64,000 bases of DNA from Lama glama. Lineage: Eukaryota. Both the position numbers and the translations under genes were made by a program. The stretch is taken from the NCBI GenBank assembly GCA_028534125.1, contig CM052816.1, positions 62,436,001-62,500,000 of the forward strand, read 5' to 3'. The notes under the pieces are model-generated. The model ran no database searches and was not told the origin of the DNA. It worked only from the letters and a program-made list of their open reading frames with translations. Positions 62,390 to 64,000 of this stretch are shown one piece after another (positions within the stretch are counted from its first letter, which is position 1; every line of letters starts with the position of its first letter).

Positions 62390-62850
62390 TGTACAAACTG
62401 CTAGCAACTCCTTTCCTCCCTTCCTCCCTTTTTCTAAAGTCATTGCCATGAAATGCTGGCAGTTCCAGGTCTCACCTGCAACTATCTCAAGAAGAAAAAT
62501 GAATACAATAATTAGCTGATATAAAGATGTCTAAGGCCATGATTACCTCTCCTTTTTTTTTTTTAACATTAAGACTTTTACAAATTCTTAGCAAGTTTTG
62601 CAAAACTTCCACAAATAAATCTGTAACTATTCACATATCAGAATAGTTACGTGCATTCAAATTACCAAGAAATGGCCAGGGAACTCAATGGGAAGGAAAT
62701 ATATTACTTTGTTATATGCCCTCACCTGTGGGCTGCACGTACTTAAACATTTTTTTCCTGATTCCATTTGTGTGTGTCAAAATACCATATTCCCTTTAAG
62801 ATTGTTTGACCCAACTGTCCTTTGCTTCATGAAATCTTTGAAAAGCTCCA
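62390..62850 (+). pseudogene. EBLG-i, N-terminal G fragment
   Basis: PGLTCN (62465) ~ QGLSCN; FCKTSTN ~ LCHTPTEN; ICVC.......FDPTVLC (first part of ORF 62688) ~ ICRC.......FPPFMYC. Confidence 0.65.
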
Positions 62851-62859
62851 TTAGAATGG

Positions 62860-63500
62860 ATAGATCTACTAAAACAAGCAAATATAATTATGGGTCAATA
62901 TATACAAAAGTCATGGTAACTACAAATCAAAAACCTACAGTAGATACACAAAAACCAAAAAGAAATGAACACAAGTATACTACTAAAGAAAATCATCAAA
63001 CCACAAGGGAAGAAACAAAAAGAAGAAATAAACAAAGAAGAACTATAAAAACAAACAGAAATCAAGCAATAAAAGGCAATAATTATATACCTATCAATAA
63101 TGCTATTACTTAAAATATAAATAGACTAAATTCCCCGATTAAAATACATAAGGTGGTGGATGGGATTTAAAAAAAAACAAGACCCTTCAATATGCTGTCT
63201 ACAAGAGACTCACTTCAGGGCTAAAGACACACAGAGACTGTAAGTGAGAGGATGGAAAAAGACATTTCATGCAAATAGAAATGATAAGCTTTATGATTAA
63301 ATTTAGTAATAGTCGTATCAGACAAAGTAGACTTTAAAACAAAGGCTGTAACAAAAGACATAGAAGGGCATTATATAATGATAAAGGGATCAATATAAGA
63401 AGAGGATACTACACTTGTTAACATATGCACCCATTTCAGGAGCACCTAAGTATATAAAGAGAATACTAACAGACATAAAGGGAAAAACTGATAATAATGC
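62860..63500 (+). mobile_element. L1 fragment, inter-ORF region and ORF2 endonuclease
   Basis: ATATGCTGTCTACAAGAGACTCACTTCAG (ICCLQETHF), GGATGGAAAAAG, SDKVDFK and EGHYIMIKG. Confidence 0.9.
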
Positions 63501-63864
63501 AATCTATGCTCTTAGTTTTCCCAATGTTGGTTACATCACTTTCATGACACTTCATATACTACATCATAGACTGGAGGTCACAAACTTTGTCATTTTGTCT
63601 GTTTGTCTTTAATCTTATATTCCTTCCACTCTTCCTCACCTCCTGCCTAGTGTAGTAGCTCAAGTGGGTGGGTCTTCAGCAAACAGTTCTAGAATGGATA
63701 GATTTATAAATGGCTAGAACTAGTATGAAACTTAGAAATCATTTAGTTTAGTTCCTCATTTCAACCATGAAAAGACTGAGGATTAGAAGGCTGAACAATC
63801 TTGCTTAAGATTACACAGCAAGCAAAGAAAGGGGCAAAAAAAGATCTTTCTTGTGTAGCTGTTC

Positions 63865-64000
63865 ATTTTTTTAAACATTTTTTATTGAGTTATAGTCAGT
63901 TTACAATATTGTGTCAATTTCCAGTGTAGAGCACAATTTTTCAGTCATACATGAACATACATAGATTCATTGTCACATTCTTTTTTGCTGTGAGCTACCC
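63865..64000 (-). mobile_element. Young camelid-type L1 3' end
   Basis: TTTTTATTGAGTTATAGTCAGTTTACAATATTGTGTCAATTTCCAGTGTAGAGCACAA, the reverse complement of the 55410-55620 type. Confidence 0.8.

Noticed and set aside
62688..63113. 141-aa ORF as a G-L1 fusion gene
   Set aside because: Probably a chance read-through from the EBLG-i fragment into A-rich L1 sequence, with no evidence of expression.
1..64000. Listed ORFs as functional host genes
   Set aside because: All are short, many start at non-ATG codons, and they are pieces of TEs or decayed viral genes or chance frames. I saw no convincing exon structure or CpG-island promoter.

Overview
Mammalian genomic DNA, probably camelid (judged from a tRNA-derived SINE and L1 3' ends), with no intact host gene. 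The sequence between the ordinary transposable elements (MIR, L2, L3/CR1, L1, MaLR/ERVL LTRs, Tigger/MER) is largely a dense array of highly decayed endogenous bornavirus-like elements (EBLs). By-eye translation gives about 23 segments: about 5 nucleoprotein (N), 9 glycoprotein (G), 1 matrix (M) and 8 polymerase (L) pieces, including two L genes traceable over most of their length. All are in mRNA-sense on the + strand, most are mutually very divergent, two different bornavirus gene orders occur (G-M and G-L), and several are interrupted by MIR/L2 insertions, implying great age. The locus looks like a long-lived, strand-polarised archive of viral sequence and is a candidate antiviral piRNA cluster. 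Caveat: all protein matches were made by eye, across frameshifts and stops, against Borna disease virus 1 (BoDV-1) proteins as I recall them. Boundaries are approximate, and each call needs confirmation with a frameshift-aware search.
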